From Verrucomicrobiaceae bacterium (GTDB lineage: Bacteria > Verrucomicrobiota > Verrucomicrobiia > Verrucomicrobiales > Akkermansiaceae), in NCBI GenBank assembly GCA_051252135.1, contig JBPOGH010000001.1, positions 64,001-128,000 on the forward strand: a DNA stretch of 64,000 nucleotides. Reading direction: 5' to 3'. Below the pieces are notes generated by a model. The model saw only the letters and a list, made by a program, of their open reading frames with translations. It made no database searches and had not been told where the DNA came from. Position 1 is the first letter of the stretch, and every line of letters begins with the position of its first letter. A program made the translations under genes and the position numbers. Of this stretch, positions 10,214 through 21,802 are shown in pieces.

Positions 10214-11164
10214 ATGTTGGCGCGCTTGGTGAATCTGTTTTGGTTGTGGACGGTGTTGGGGACGGCGTGGGCGTGGTTTTATCCGGGGCACTTCATCTGG
10301 TTTCTGGGGATGATTCCGGGGACGGAGTTGAAGTGGATTCCGGTGGGGTTGGGGGTGATTATGCTGGGGATGGGGATGACGCTGACCTTTGCGGATTTTA
10401 GGGAAGTGCTGCGGATGCCGAAGTGGGTGGGGCTTGGGGTGGCGGCGCAGTTTTTGATCATGCCGATGGTGGGTTGGGGGATTGCGATGCTGTTTGCACT
10501 GCCGGATCAGTTCAAGCTGGGGATTATTTTGGTGAGTTGTTGTCCGGGAGGGACGGCCTCGAATGTGGTGACCTATTTGGCGCGGGGGAATCTGGCGTTG
10601 AGTGTGATGATGACGATGTGCTCGACGCTGCTGGCGGTGGGGTTGACGCCGTTTCTGACCAAGGTTTATGCGGCCCAAGGGTTGGAGATGAAGGTGGATG
10701 CGCTGGGGATGGTGGTCTCGATGGTGGTGATTGTGCTGCTGCCGATCTTGGCGGGGTTGGTGTTGAACTCGAGTTGCGGGGAGAAGGTGGCGAAGGTGAA
10801 GGAAGTGTCTCCGTTGGTTTCGGTGTTGGTGATTGTCCTGATCGTGGCGGCGGTGGTGGGGGCCACGAAGGAGAGTATTCTTACCTATTGGAGCACGCTC
10901 CTACCGGCGGTGTTTCTGGTGCATGCGTGTGGTTTTGGGCTGGGGTATCTCTGGGGACGGTTGTTTGGGCTGGAGGAGAAGGAGTGCCGGACGTTTTCGA
11001 TTGAAGTGGGGATGCAGAATTCGGGATTGGGATCGGAATTGGCGAAGGCGCATTTCACGATGTTGGCGGCGGCGCCGTGTGCGATTTCGGCATTTTACCA
11101 CTGTATGATCGGGAGTCTTCTGGCGAGTGTGTGGCGACGCCGGGGGTTACCAAAAAAGCGCTGA
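10214..11164 (+). CDS. Bile acid:sodium symporter (BASS) family transporter
   Basis: IMLGMGMTL, QFLIMP, CPGGTASNV, SIEVGMQNSGL; start at ATG 10214 or 10193, not 9749. Confidence 0.9.
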   Translation: MLARLVNLFWLWTVLGTAWAWFYPGHFIWFLGMIPGTELKWIPVGLGVIMLGMGMTLTFADFREVLRMPKWVGLGVAAQFLIMPMVGWGIAMLFALPDQFKLGIILVSCCPGGTASNVVTYLARGNLALSVMMTMCSTLLAVGLTPFLTKVYAAQGLEMKVDALGMVVSMVVIVLLPILAGLVLNSSCGEKVAKVKEVSPLVSVLVIVLIVAAVVGATKESILTYWSTLLPAVFLVHACGFGLGYLWGRLFGLEEKECRTFSIEVGMQNSGLGSELAKAHFTMLAAAPCAISAFYHCMIGSLLASVWRRRGLPKKR

Positions 11165-11183
11165 AGGGTCACGAAAGGGTCAT
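11164..11183 (+). promoter_or_regulatory. Tandem direct repeat AAGGGTCA x2 with 11-bp period; candidate OmpR/PhoB-family binding site
   Basis: Copies at 11164-11171 and 11175-11182, just upstream of an operon encoding an OmpR-type regulator. Confidence 0.55.
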
Positions 11184-11209
11184 TTTTGAGCGATAGAACT
11201 GTTTCTGTT

Positions 11210-12649
11210 ATGAAGACCAAGAATCTACTGAAAATTGTTCCCTTGTTGGGATTGCTGGGGTGGGCGTCAGCGCAGACGGTGGCGGAGCGCCTGGAGCAAG
11301 GGGTGCAGTTGCAAACGGCGGAGGGTGACCTGGAGGCCGCGATCAGCGAATACAAGGCGGTGTTGAAAGAGGCGGCGAGGTCCCATCGGTTGGCGGCGGA
11401 GGCGCGTTATCGATTGGCCGAGTGTTATGCGGCGATGGGGAATGAGGAGAGAATGCAGGTGCAGCTGCAGGCGCTACGGGACGAGTTTCCGCCGGACAAC
11501 AAGTGGGTGGTGAAAGGGGAAGGACTTGCGCCGGTGGTGACGGAATTTACAGGGACTCCCTGGCGTGACGGGCGGGTTTTTCATTATGAAATCAAGATGC
11601 CGACCGGTGACAAGATCGGGGATTTCCTGATCGCGCAGAGGAGGGTTTCGACCGAGCCGGAAGAGATTTGGGAATCGATCGCGGTGCGGAATGCGGGAGG
11701 GAAGAGTCTGAGTCGGACGGAGTTCACGACGAAGGGGCACCTTCCGTTGCGGAGCCGCTGGTTCATCGGGATGATGGGGGAGGTGAAGATCGACTTCAAG
11801 GAAGGCGGGAAAGCGATCTTTTCGAATGGCGATACGGGTGAGAGGACGGATGAATATGATCATGCGGCATCGAAGGATGCGCGGATTCCGGTTTTTGAGA
11901 ATGAGCAGATGATTCAAGTGATTCGGACGCTCAATCAAGAGGTGGGGACGAAGCAGAAGACGATCATTCTATCGGCTCATGCCGGAGCGACGCCCATTCC
12001 CTTCGATCTGGAGGTGGTGGGACATGAAGAGGTGACGGTGGGAGCGGGGACCTTTCAGTGTGTGAAGGTGGAATCGAGCATCAAGCAGGACTTTTATATT
12101 TCGACCGGACCGAATCGGGAATTGATCCGGATGGATGTGGGGCCGGTGACGATTGATCTGGCGAGCAGTGAGGAGTGGAAGCTTGATGTGCCGCACCATT
12201 TTGAATCGAAGCCTTTGGGAGCGTCGTTTTCGATCCCGGGAGCGATGTTTTATTCGCCGGAGATGTCGAAGGATGAAGTTTACCGCCTGCAAGTTTGGGC
12301 GAGTGACTTCGCCGGTCACGACGGTCTTCTGGAGATCAACAAGAAGAGTCACCTTTTGCCGAAGGCCCAAGGAGGATCAAGGGAGTATGCGGCGGTGCTG
12401 CACGAGGGATTTGCGAAGAATTATGACGAGTTCGAGGTGAAGGGGGATTGGGAGACGATCGAGATCGATGGGGTGGATGCGGTGGCGATGAAGATTGAAT
12501 CGAAGAAGGGGAGCCTGGTAACGAGAGAGTATCAGGTGCATGCGGTGGGGGAGGAATTGGCGCTGAGCTTTCGGTTGGATTATGCGAAGCCGGATGAAGA
12601 GCGGGCGATGGCGCGGGCGAAGGAAATTGTAGAGACGTTCCGGTGGTAG
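11210..12649 (+). CDS. Secreted hypothetical protein with N-terminal TPR-like hairpin
   Basis: Signal peptide MKTKNLL..ASAQ; GDLEAAISEY..AEARYRLAECY; EEVTVGAGTFQCVKVE (DUF3108-like). Confidence 0.7.
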   Translation: MKTKNLLKIVPLLGLLGWASAQTVAERLEQGVQLQTAEGDLEAAISEYKAVLKEAARSHRLAAEARYRLAECYAAMGNEERMQVQLQALRDEFPPDNKWVVKGEGLAPVVTEFTGTPWRDGRVFHYEIKMPTGDKIGDFLIAQRRVSTEPEEIWESIAVRNAGGKSLSRTEFTTKGHLPLRSRWFIGMMGEVKIDFKEGGKAIFSNGDTGERTDEYDHAASKDARIPVFENEQMIQVIRTLNQEVGTKQKTIILSAHAGATPIPFDLEVVGHEEVTVGAGTFQCVKVESSIKQDFYISTGPNRELIRMDVGPVTIDLASSEEWKLDVPHHFESKPLGASFSIPGAMFYSPEMSKDEVYRLQVWASDFAGHDGLLEINKKSHLLPKAQGGSREYAAVLHEGFAKNYDEFEVKGDWETIEIDGVDAVAMKIESKKGSLVTREYQVHAVGEELALSFRLDYAKPDEERAMARAKEIVETFRW

Positions 12650-12670
12650 GGTAGATGCGCAACCAATCAG

Positions 12671-14278
12671 GTGATGACAGCAAAGCGGGAACTCCAATTC
12701 TACCAGATGATCTTTGGCCTCATGTTGATGGGGATGATCGTGGGGTGGGTGGTGGTGATGCAGAGGCTGGTGAAGAGCGACGTGGAAGTGGCGCAGGCCC
12801 AGGCGCTTCGTGCGGAAGAGCGGCATCTTAGGGAGATTGTGGAGCGTTTCTACGGGAGGGCGGTTACGACGTCTGATCTTACCGAAGAGTGGTTCAAGGA
12901 AGCGGTCCTGAGCGATCGATTGGCCGGAGTCTGGAGTGGCGATCGAGCCAATAAGGAAGGCGAGACCGGAGTTCTGGCGTGGCCCGAGGGGGTGGAGATC
13001 GGGACGAGTGTTGATTTGGAAACGTTTCGAGATCAACTCGAATGGGGCGAGGTCAGTGAGGGGCGGGATCGGTTGGGGTCGCTCTTGTTACGGATCGCCC
13101 GTGCCGAGGGGGCCAGGTTTGGGGCGGTCGATCTCCTTCGGGAGGGAGTGTGGAACTATGGTGATTCCGGAGAGAGGATGAGTCCCGGATTTCGACTTCT
13201 TCTGATTCGTGCGCTGGAGGAACGGGAGCCCACGCCGGAACTGGGGCGGCTGAAAATTGCCGAGCGGATTCGGGCGATGGAGGGGGAAGTGGAGGATTTG
13301 GACATCAAGCTGGAGAAGCTCGTGGTGGATGGGATGGCCTTTTTCTTCACGAAAGATCAGCTGGAGAGTGTTTTTGAAAGTGAGGGGGTGGAGTTGAGTG
13401 AGATGGAGCCGGAGCAGCGTAATTTTGTAAGAGTGGCGGGATTGAAAGTCTGGCCTTATGTCAGTTTCACGGATGGAGCCGCATTGGTGTCGCAAGCCGA
13501 GGAGACCGGGGAGAAAATGATTTACGTCGTCGGTATTTCAACGGTGATCTCGACTCTGGGAGTGGTGTGGTTGGCGATTTGGTTTGGGAGGAATGAGCTT
13601 CAGTCGGCGCGGGCGCGGACCGATCTGGCGGCCTCGGTGGCGCACGAGTTGCGGACGCCCCTGGCGGGGCAGCGGGTGGTGCTGGAGTCGATGTTGGAGG
13701 GGGAGACGTTTAACGAGGAGTATTTGGAGATGGCGTTGAGGGAGAACCTGCGGCTGGGGAATTTGGCGGAGGAGTTTTTGACGTTTTCGCGCTTGGAGCG
13801 AGGGGTGCTGGAGCTGCAGCTGCGGTCGTTTTCGTTGATGGAAGTGGTGGAGCCGATGGTGGACGATTTCCGGCAGCAGCACGGGGACGGGGTGTTTGAA
13901 TTATCGGGTGATACGGGGGCGGTGGTGTTGGCTGATGAGGCAGCGGTGACGACGGTGGTGCGGAACTTGATCGAGAACGCGTGGAAGTATTCCGAGGGGG
14001 CGAAGAAGGTGGAGGTGCGGGTGTTTGAGGAGGGGGATGAGGTTGGGTTTTCGGTGAAGGACGAAGGGGTGGGCTTGTCGGCGGGCGAGCTGAAGAAGGT
14101 GTTTCGGCAGTTTTATCGGGTTGAGAAGAAGCTTTCGCGGTCGCAGGATGGTTTGGGGCTGGGCTTATCGATTGTGAAGCGGTTGGTGGATGCGATGGAG
14201 GGACGGGTGGAGGTGGAGAGCGAAGTGGGGAACGGGAGCGAGTTTCGGGTGTTTTTGAAGAAGGGAGGTCAGCGATGA
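12671..14278 (+). CDS. Membrane sensor histidine kinase
   Basis: Two TMs, AHELRTPL H-box, NLIENAWKY, DEGVG, GLGLGL. Confidence 0.93.
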   Translation: MMTAKRELQFYQMIFGLMLMGMIVGWVVVMQRLVKSDVEVAQAQALRAEERHLREIVERFYGRAVTTSDLTEEWFKEAVLSDRLAGVWSGDRANKEGETGVLAWPEGVEIGTSVDLETFRDQLEWGEVSEGRDRLGSLLLRIARAEGARFGAVDLLREGVWNYGDSGERMSPGFRLLLIRALEEREPTPELGRLKIAERIRAMEGEVEDLDIKLEKLVVDGMAFFFTKDQLESVFESEGVELSEMEPEQRNFVRVAGLKVWPYVSFTDGAALVSQAEETGEKMIYVVGISTVISTLGVVWLAIWFGRNELQSARARTDLAASVAHELRTPLAGQRVVLESMLEGETFNEEYLEMALRENLRLGNLAEEFLTFSRLERGVLELQLRSFSLMEVVEPMVDDFRQQHGDGVFELSGDTGAVVLADEAAVTTVVRNLIENAWKYSEGAKKVEVRVFEEGDEVGFSVKDEGVGLSAGELKKVFRQFYRVEKKLSRSQDGLGLGLSIVKRLVDAMEGRVEVESEVGNGSEFRVFLKKGGQR

Positions 14279-14943
14279 GGATGTTGATCGTGGAGGATGA
14301 TGCGACGCTGGGAGTGGGACTGCGGGATCATTTTTTGGGGCTGAACTGGGAGGTGTTGTTGGCGCGGGACGGGGAAGAGGGGTTGCGGTTGGCGTTTGAG
14401 GAGCGGATTGACATTATTCTGTTAGATTTGATGTTGCCGAAGGTGGATGGCTACGAGATTTGCCGATCATTGAGGCGGGAGAAGATCGAGACGCCGATTT
14501 TGATGCTGACGGCGAAGGGGCAGGTAGATGATGTGGTGCACGGACTGGAGACGGGGGCGGATGATTATTTGGTGAAGCCGTTTTCGTTACGGGAGCTGGA
14601 TGCGCGGGTGAAGGTGCTGATGCGTCGGGTGGATGACGGGAAGACGGATTTTAATTTCGGGGAAGGGTGTCATTTGGATCGAACGGGACGGGTGCTCAAA
14701 ATCGGTGGGGAGGTGATTGCGTTGACACCCAAGGAATTTGATTTGCTGGTGGTGTTTCTTCAGAATGCGGGTCGGGCGATGACGCGCGATCAGCTTCTGG
14801 GAGCGGTGTGGGGTCACGGCTTGTTGGTGACGGTGCGGAGTGTGGACCGCTGTGTGAAGACGCTGCGGAAGAAACTGGGGGAGCGGAACGTGGGCCCTTT
14901 GGTAGCGGTGCGGGGCGTGGGGTATCGCTGGGATGAGCGTTGA
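14275..14943 (+). CDS. OmpR/PhoB-family response regulator
   Basis: LIVEDD, LDLMLP, GADDYLVKPF, winged helix LTPKEFDLL..VRGVGY. Confidence 0.95.
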   Translation: MRMLIVEDDATLGVGLRDHFLGLNWEVLLARDGEEGLRLAFEERIDIILLDLMLPKVDGYEICRSLRREKIETPILMLTAKGQVDDVVHGLETGADDYLVKPFSLRELDARVKVLMRRVDDGKTDFNFGEGCHLDRTGRVLKIGGEVIALTPKEFDLLVVFLQNAGRAMTRDQLLGAVWGHGLLVTVRSVDRCVKTLRKKLGERNVGPLVAVRGVGYRWDER

Positions 14944-14947
14944 GAGC

Positions 14948-14978
14948 AAAAAAAAGAGAGCCGGTTAGGGCTCTCTTT
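14948..14978 (-). terminator. Intrinsic terminator for thiC (possibly bidirectional)
   Basis: AAAGAGAGCC-loop-GGCTCTCTTT stem with A8 run (U8 on the minus strand) between convergent genes. Confidence 0.8.
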
Positions 14979-15001
14979 GGGAAGAGGGGGGAGAATCCTG
15001 A

Positions 15002-17332
<2,331 letters not shown>

Positions 17333-17389
17333 TTAAAGAATCCAAAATTGTTCGTGCGTGCTGAAGATCGGCTCGGTATAAACGGATGT

Positions 17390-17848
17390 ATGAACAATCG
17401 CTTGTTGGCCGTTGGTGCGATCGTCCTCATTCTCTTAGTTGGGGGAGCAGGTTTTGGTATTTTTTGGACCAAAATGAACAAACCGATGGAAAGGTGGGTG
17501 GCTTATCCGCTGACTCCGTTTCCCCAAGTGGAACAACGGCAGGCCTGGGTAGACGAATGGGCTGAGATTGGAGAGCAAGACGGGGTTTTAAGGGCGGTTG
17601 TGCTGAACGAAAAGTTGGTTGATCGGTGGGGACTGGCCAATGAGGACTCTGCGGTAGAGCAGCTTCGCGAACGTTCCTTTGTGGACCTTTCCAAGGATAC
17701 CGAGACCATGCGGGTTGGAATCAGTGGAATCCGCAAGGAGATGGATGATCTCAACCGGCTGTCCGGAGCGCTCTTTAATGCGATCAAGGATCAGTTCGTG
17801 GTGAATCACCCCGAGCTGAAGCAGGTGTTGTCACCACCGGGTCAGTAG
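17390..17848 (+). CDS. Hypothetical protein with N-terminal TM anchor
   Basis: MNNRLLAVGAIVLILLVGGAGFGIFW, then soluble domain; fills the gap between thiC and the nitroreductase. Confidence 0.65.
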   Translation: MNNRLLAVGAIVLILLVGGAGFGIFWTKMNKPMERWVAYPLTPFPQVEQRQAWVDEWAEIGEQDGVLRAVVLNEKLVDRWGLANEDSAVEQLRERSFVDLSKDTETMRVGISGIRKEMDDLNRLSGALFNAIKDQFVVNHPELKQVLSPPGQ

Positions 17849-18478
17849 AGCTTCCTTTTCGAAGCGGACCTTGGGGAGTTCGGCGTATTTGTCGTCGGGC
17901 GAGCGGTAGCCGAGCGCGCAAGCGACGGAAGCGGTGTAGCCTTTTTCGGGCAGGTCGAGGATGCGGTCGTATTCGGCGGGGTTGAATCCTTCCATGGGGC
18001 AGGCGTCAATTCCGGTGACGGCGGCGGTGGTCATGAGTTGACCGAGGGCGATGTAGGTCTGGAGTTTGGCCCAGTGCTGGATTTGGTCCTGTGACATGGC
18101 GCCCATGAATCCGGACATCATCTGCTGGTAACCGCTGAGGGAATCGGCGCCGACCTGACGGACTTTACCGAGTTGATCGATCCACTCCTGGATTTCGGGG
18201 TCGCCTGCTGATTGGCGGGCGGCGAGGACGACGAAGTGGGAGCACTCGGTGACCTGGGTTTGATTCCAGGAGTGGGGAAGGAGTTGCTCTTTGACCGATT
18301 GATCGGTGATGACGACGAAGTGCCAGGGCTGGAGACCGAATGAGGAAGGGGTGAGGACGAGGGAGTCCTCGATGGCGGACCATGCTTCGGAGGGAATGTT
18401 GCGTTCCTTGTCGAAGACTTTGGTGGCGTAGCGCCAGCGGAGTGAGTCGAGGACGGCTTCGGGAGAGAGTGAAGTCAT
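17831..18478 (-). CDS. NAD(P)H-dependent nitroreductase (NfsB-like)
   Basis: WRYATKVFD, TPSSFGLQPW, GIDACPMEGF, ALGYR, PKVRF. Confidence 0.92.
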   Translation of the reverse strand: MTSLSPEAVLDSLRWRYATKVFDKERNIPSEAWSAIEDSLVLTPSSFGLQPWHFVVITDQSVKEQLLPHSWNQTQVTECSHFVVLAARQSAGDPEIQEWIDQLGKVRQVGADSLSGYQQMMSGFMGAMSQDQIQHWAKLQTYIALGQLMTTAAVTGIDACPMEGFNPAEYDRILDLPEKGYTASVACALGYRSPDDKYAELPKVRFEKEALLTRW

Positions 18479-18485
18479 GGGGTGA

Positions 18486-20831
18486 CTATTCTGCACCGAC
18501 ACGGATTGGCAAGGACATGCTGGGGAATTCTTTCAGGGCGAAACTGAACATGATTCCGTATTCGTTATCGATGCGATTTTCCCGTTGGAAGAGTCCGACC
18601 GAGCCAACCCAGGAGTCGAAATCGTAGTAGATATTGTATTGCTGGAGTTCGAGCGTGCTGTCCTCGACCTCCCAGCGGTGGCGGGTGCCGATGCCCCAGT
18701 ATTCGTTGAGGCGGGCGTAGAACTCGAGTTCCATGCGGTTGGAGTCCCGCAGAATGGGGTGATCTTTTAACAAGCGGTGGCGGACCGAGACCTCAAGGCG
18801 ATCGTTCGGCATGACGGTGGCGGTGGTGGCGACCTCGGTAAAGTTCGAGCGGTTGAAGAGGGGGACCTGGGTGTCGAGCTCGAGGGCGAACCAAGGGAGG
18901 GGGTGCCAGCGGATTTCGTTGTAGAGGTTTGAGAAGTCGCGATTGAACTCTGGGTCCTGGAAGAAGGTGTTGAAGTAGGTGTCGACGGTGAGCCAATCGT
19001 GATTCCCTTCATTTCGATGGGTCATGATGCGGTTGCGCATGCCGAGGCGCATAATGGACCAATTGGCGAGGTCATCGATGGCGGTGAAGCGTCCGACGCC
19101 GAGCAATTGGGGGCGGGTGGTGGCGGTGAGGCGGTCGATGCGATCGAAGGAGGGGTCGAGCTCGTTGGTGGAGAGGACCGAGAGGGTGGCGTAGGGCTCG
19201 AGGACGTGGAGGGCTCCATCGAGGCCCCAATCCTCGTCGATCCAATCGGGGTAAGCTTTGGTGAGCTTGGTTGAGAAGTCGACACCGGCGAAGAGGTGGC
19301 TGCGGTCGGTTGAGTTACCGGGCCCTTCGACCGAGCCGTAGCTGGTATATCCGCCGCCGACCTTGGGAGTGATGGTCAGGTGTCCGATTTTGGAGGGGCG
19401 TGACCACTCGTGGTAGGAGTGGAAGCGGGCAAATCCGCGGTCGTCGAGGAGATTGGCAATTCTAGCGCGGTCCGGGTGGAGCAAGGGGAGGAGTGCGGCT
19501 TGGGCGGCGAGGGTATCGCGGTCAAAATCAGCGAGGTATTCGCGGTATAGCCCAAGAGAGGTTTGGCTTTCGTAAAGGACGTTTGAGTCAAGGAAGGGTT
19601 GCTTGATCCAATCGTAGGAGAACTCAAAGCGGGTATCGGATTGGTAGTATGAATTGGGGCGGACGCGGGAATTGAGGAGGGCGTAGCTGCTTCCGGTGCG
19701 GCGGGAGATACCCAAGGTGTTATCCGGGGCGGGGTTGATGTTGTAGAGGCTGGGGTCGAGGTCCTCGAGGTAGTAGGCGTCGCTGAGCCAGGTGAGATTT
19801 GCGTGGGCCGCATAAGTGGAGAAGGGAGTCTTGAGCAGGGTGAGGCGGTGGGCGAGCTCGGCGCGGAAACGGTCTTCATTGACGAAGGGGCGGGGAACCC
19901 CCGAACGACTCAAGGAGGGGTCGAGATCGTTCATGTAGTAGAATTTTAGCCAGCCAAAATCATCCTGTGGGTCGACTCTGGTATCGAAGAGGCTGACGCC
20001 GAGTCCGAGGCCGCGGCGTGAGTAGATATCGGCGTGCCAGTGGGAGAGGAGCCATGCGGATTCGTTGGCACCGGTGACGGGGTCGACCTCGCCGCCGAGC
20101 ATGACGCCGTAGCGGTTTTGAAGGAAGAGACCGAGGTTGGAGCGGCCACCAGGAAGGAAGTGGTAGCCGAGCTCGGCATTGAGAGGCTGGGAAAGGTAGG
20201 GGAGCCAGAAGAGGGTGCGATCACCGGCTTTGAGTTTGAGGTTTTTAAAGACAACGCGATCGCCTGGGAAGATGGTGGTTTTATCGGCGCGAAGCCACCA
20301 ATCGGGATTTTCGGCGTCGTGGGTGGTGATGCCGGCGTTTTCGCCGATGAACGCGACGCCATCGCGGTGAGGGACGGAGCGGAACTGGCCTGCTTCGAGA
20401 AGGAGGGGCTCCATGCCGGCGCGGAGTTTTTGGGTGTCGATCTTGCGCGTCTTGTGGTGGTAGACGGCGGATTCGCCACGGTAGACGAGGCCGCCCTGAT
20501 AGATGCTGACGTTTCCGCTGAGGTAGGCGGTTTGTTCTTCGACATCGAGGGTGATGCGGTTGGCGTAGGCCTGCATGCCGTTGTCGCCCTTGATCGAGAC
20601 ATCCCCAAGGAAGCGGACGGTGATCTTATCGTTGATGTAGTCGATCTCGGTCCGGGTGTTGGGTCCGGTTTCGATGAACTGAGGGAGGGAGGAAAAGGGA
20701 TCGGCTGATTCGATGGATTCTTCCGGTGGAGTGACGGAGCCGGGGAGAGGGAGGAGGGCTCCACGTGGGGAGTTATCCTGAGCTGAGAGGGAGAGGGTCA
20801 GCAGGAGGGGGAAGAGCAGAAGTCCGCGCAT
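18486..20831 (-). CDS. lptD: LPS-assembly protein LptD
   Basis: Signal peptide, N-terminal jellyroll-like region, 'TLFWLPYLSQPL', long beta-barrel-like C-terminus, 781 aa. Confidence 0.78.
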   Translation of the reverse strand: MRGLLLFPLLLTLSLSAQDNSPRGALLPLPGSVTPPEESIESADPFSSLPQFIETGPNTRTEIDYINDKITVRFLGDVSIKGDNGMQAYANRITLDVEEQTAYLSGNVSIYQGGLVYRGESAVYHHKTRKIDTQKLRAGMEPLLLEAGQFRSVPHRDGVAFIGENAGITTHDAENPDWWLRADKTTIFPGDRVVFKNLKLKAGDRTLFWLPYLSQPLNAELGYHFLPGGRSNLGLFLQNRYGVMLGGEVDPVTGANESAWLLSHWHADIYSRRGLGLGVSLFDTRVDPQDDFGWLKFYYMNDLDPSLSRSGVPRPFVNEDRFRAELAHRLTLLKTPFSTYAAHANLTWLSDAYYLEDLDPSLYNINPAPDNTLGISRRTGSSYALLNSRVRPNSYYQSDTRFEFSYDWIKQPFLDSNVLYESQTSLGLYREYLADFDRDTLAAQAALLPLLHPDRARIANLLDDRGFARFHSYHEWSRPSKIGHLTITPKVGGGYTSYGSVEGPGNSTDRSHLFAGVDFSTKLTKAYPDWIDEDWGLDGALHVLEPYATLSVLSTNELDPSFDRIDRLTATTRPQLLGVGRFTAIDDLANWSIMRLGMRNRIMTHRNEGNHDWLTVDTYFNTFFQDPEFNRDFSNLYNEIRWHPLPWFALELDTQVPLFNRSNFTEVATTATVMPNDRLEVSVRHRLLKDHPILRDSNRMELEFYARLNEYWGIGTRHRWEVEDSTLELQQYNIYYDFDSWVGSVGLFQRENRIDNEYGIMFSFALKEFPSMSLPIRVGAE

Positions 20832-20932
20832 AGAACAGAGAGAAAGCTAATGGCGGGTAAAAATGGTGTCGATAGCATTTCCTCTGACTCCCACTGGCAA
20901 AGTAACGGGGATGGTTTACCCTTCTGAAAGAT

Positions 20933-21802
20933 ATGGCAAAAACGATTGGGATCATTGGAGCTTCGGGCTGGTTGGGACGACACCTTGTGCCTGTTCTTTT
21001 GGAGAAGGGAATGGAGGTGGTGGGGTATTCGCGGTCGGCGAGGGAGGACGATGAGGTCCGCTGGCGGCGGTGGGATGGAAGGGGTGAGATTAATCTGAGT
21101 GAGGTGGATGTGGTGGTGAATTTGGCGGGGGAGTCGATTGATCAGCGGTGGACGGAGGAGCGGAAGAGGTTGTTTTACGAGAGCCGGGTGAGCTTGACGC
21201 AGAATCTGGTGAAGGCGATGGAGGAGCAGGGGTGCGGGCATTTGGTGAATGCGTCGGCTGTGGGATACTACGGGGATCGCGGGAATGAGTTGCTGCCGGA
21301 GAGTGAGCCGGCGGCGGAGAATTATTTGGCGCGGCTTTGTGAGGAATGGGAAGAGGCTGCGGCAGGGCCTGAGAAAGTGTGCCTTTTGAGGACGGGAGTG
21401 GTGCTGGGGAAGGGCGGAGGCGCGTGGGAGAAGATGTCGAAAATCTTTGGCCTCGGTGTGGGTGGGAAGCTGGGCTCAGGAGCGCAGTGGTTTCCTTGGA
21501 TTCATCTGGCGGATGAGATTGGCTCGATTGTCTTCTGTATCGAGAACGGGATTGAAGGGCCGGTGAATTTGGTGGCGCCAGAGAGTGTGACGAACGGGGA
21601 GTTCACCAAGGTGGTGGGACGCGTGATGAAGCGTCCGACCTTTTTTGCGGCTCCGGCGTTTGCGCTGAAGCTGGCTTTGGGTGACTTTGCGGAGGAGGGG
21701 CTGCTGGCGAGCCAGCGGGTGGTTCCGCAGGTGCTGGTCGATGGGGGGTATGAGTTCCGGTATCGCGATATTGAGTCGGCGGTGCGGGAGTTGTGTGACT
21801 AG
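20933..21802 (+). CDS. TIGR01777/YfcH-family NAD-dependent epimerase
   Basis: GASGWLG, VVNLAGESI, ASAVGYYG, LGSGAQWFPWIH, GPVNLVAP. Confidence 0.92.
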   Translation: MAKTIGIIGASGWLGRHLVPVLLEKGMEVVGYSRSAREDDEVRWRRWDGRGEINLSEVDVVVNLAGESIDQRWTEERKRLFYESRVSLTQNLVKAMEEQGCGHLVNASAVGYYGDRGNELLPESEPAAENYLARLCEEWEEAAAGPEKVCLLRTGVVLGKGGGAWEKMSKIFGLGVGGKLGSGAQWFPWIHLADEIGSIVFCIENGIEGPVNLVAPESVTNGEFTKVVGRVMKRPTFFAAPAFALKLALGDFAEEGLLASQRVVPQVLVDGGYEFRYRDIESAVRELCD

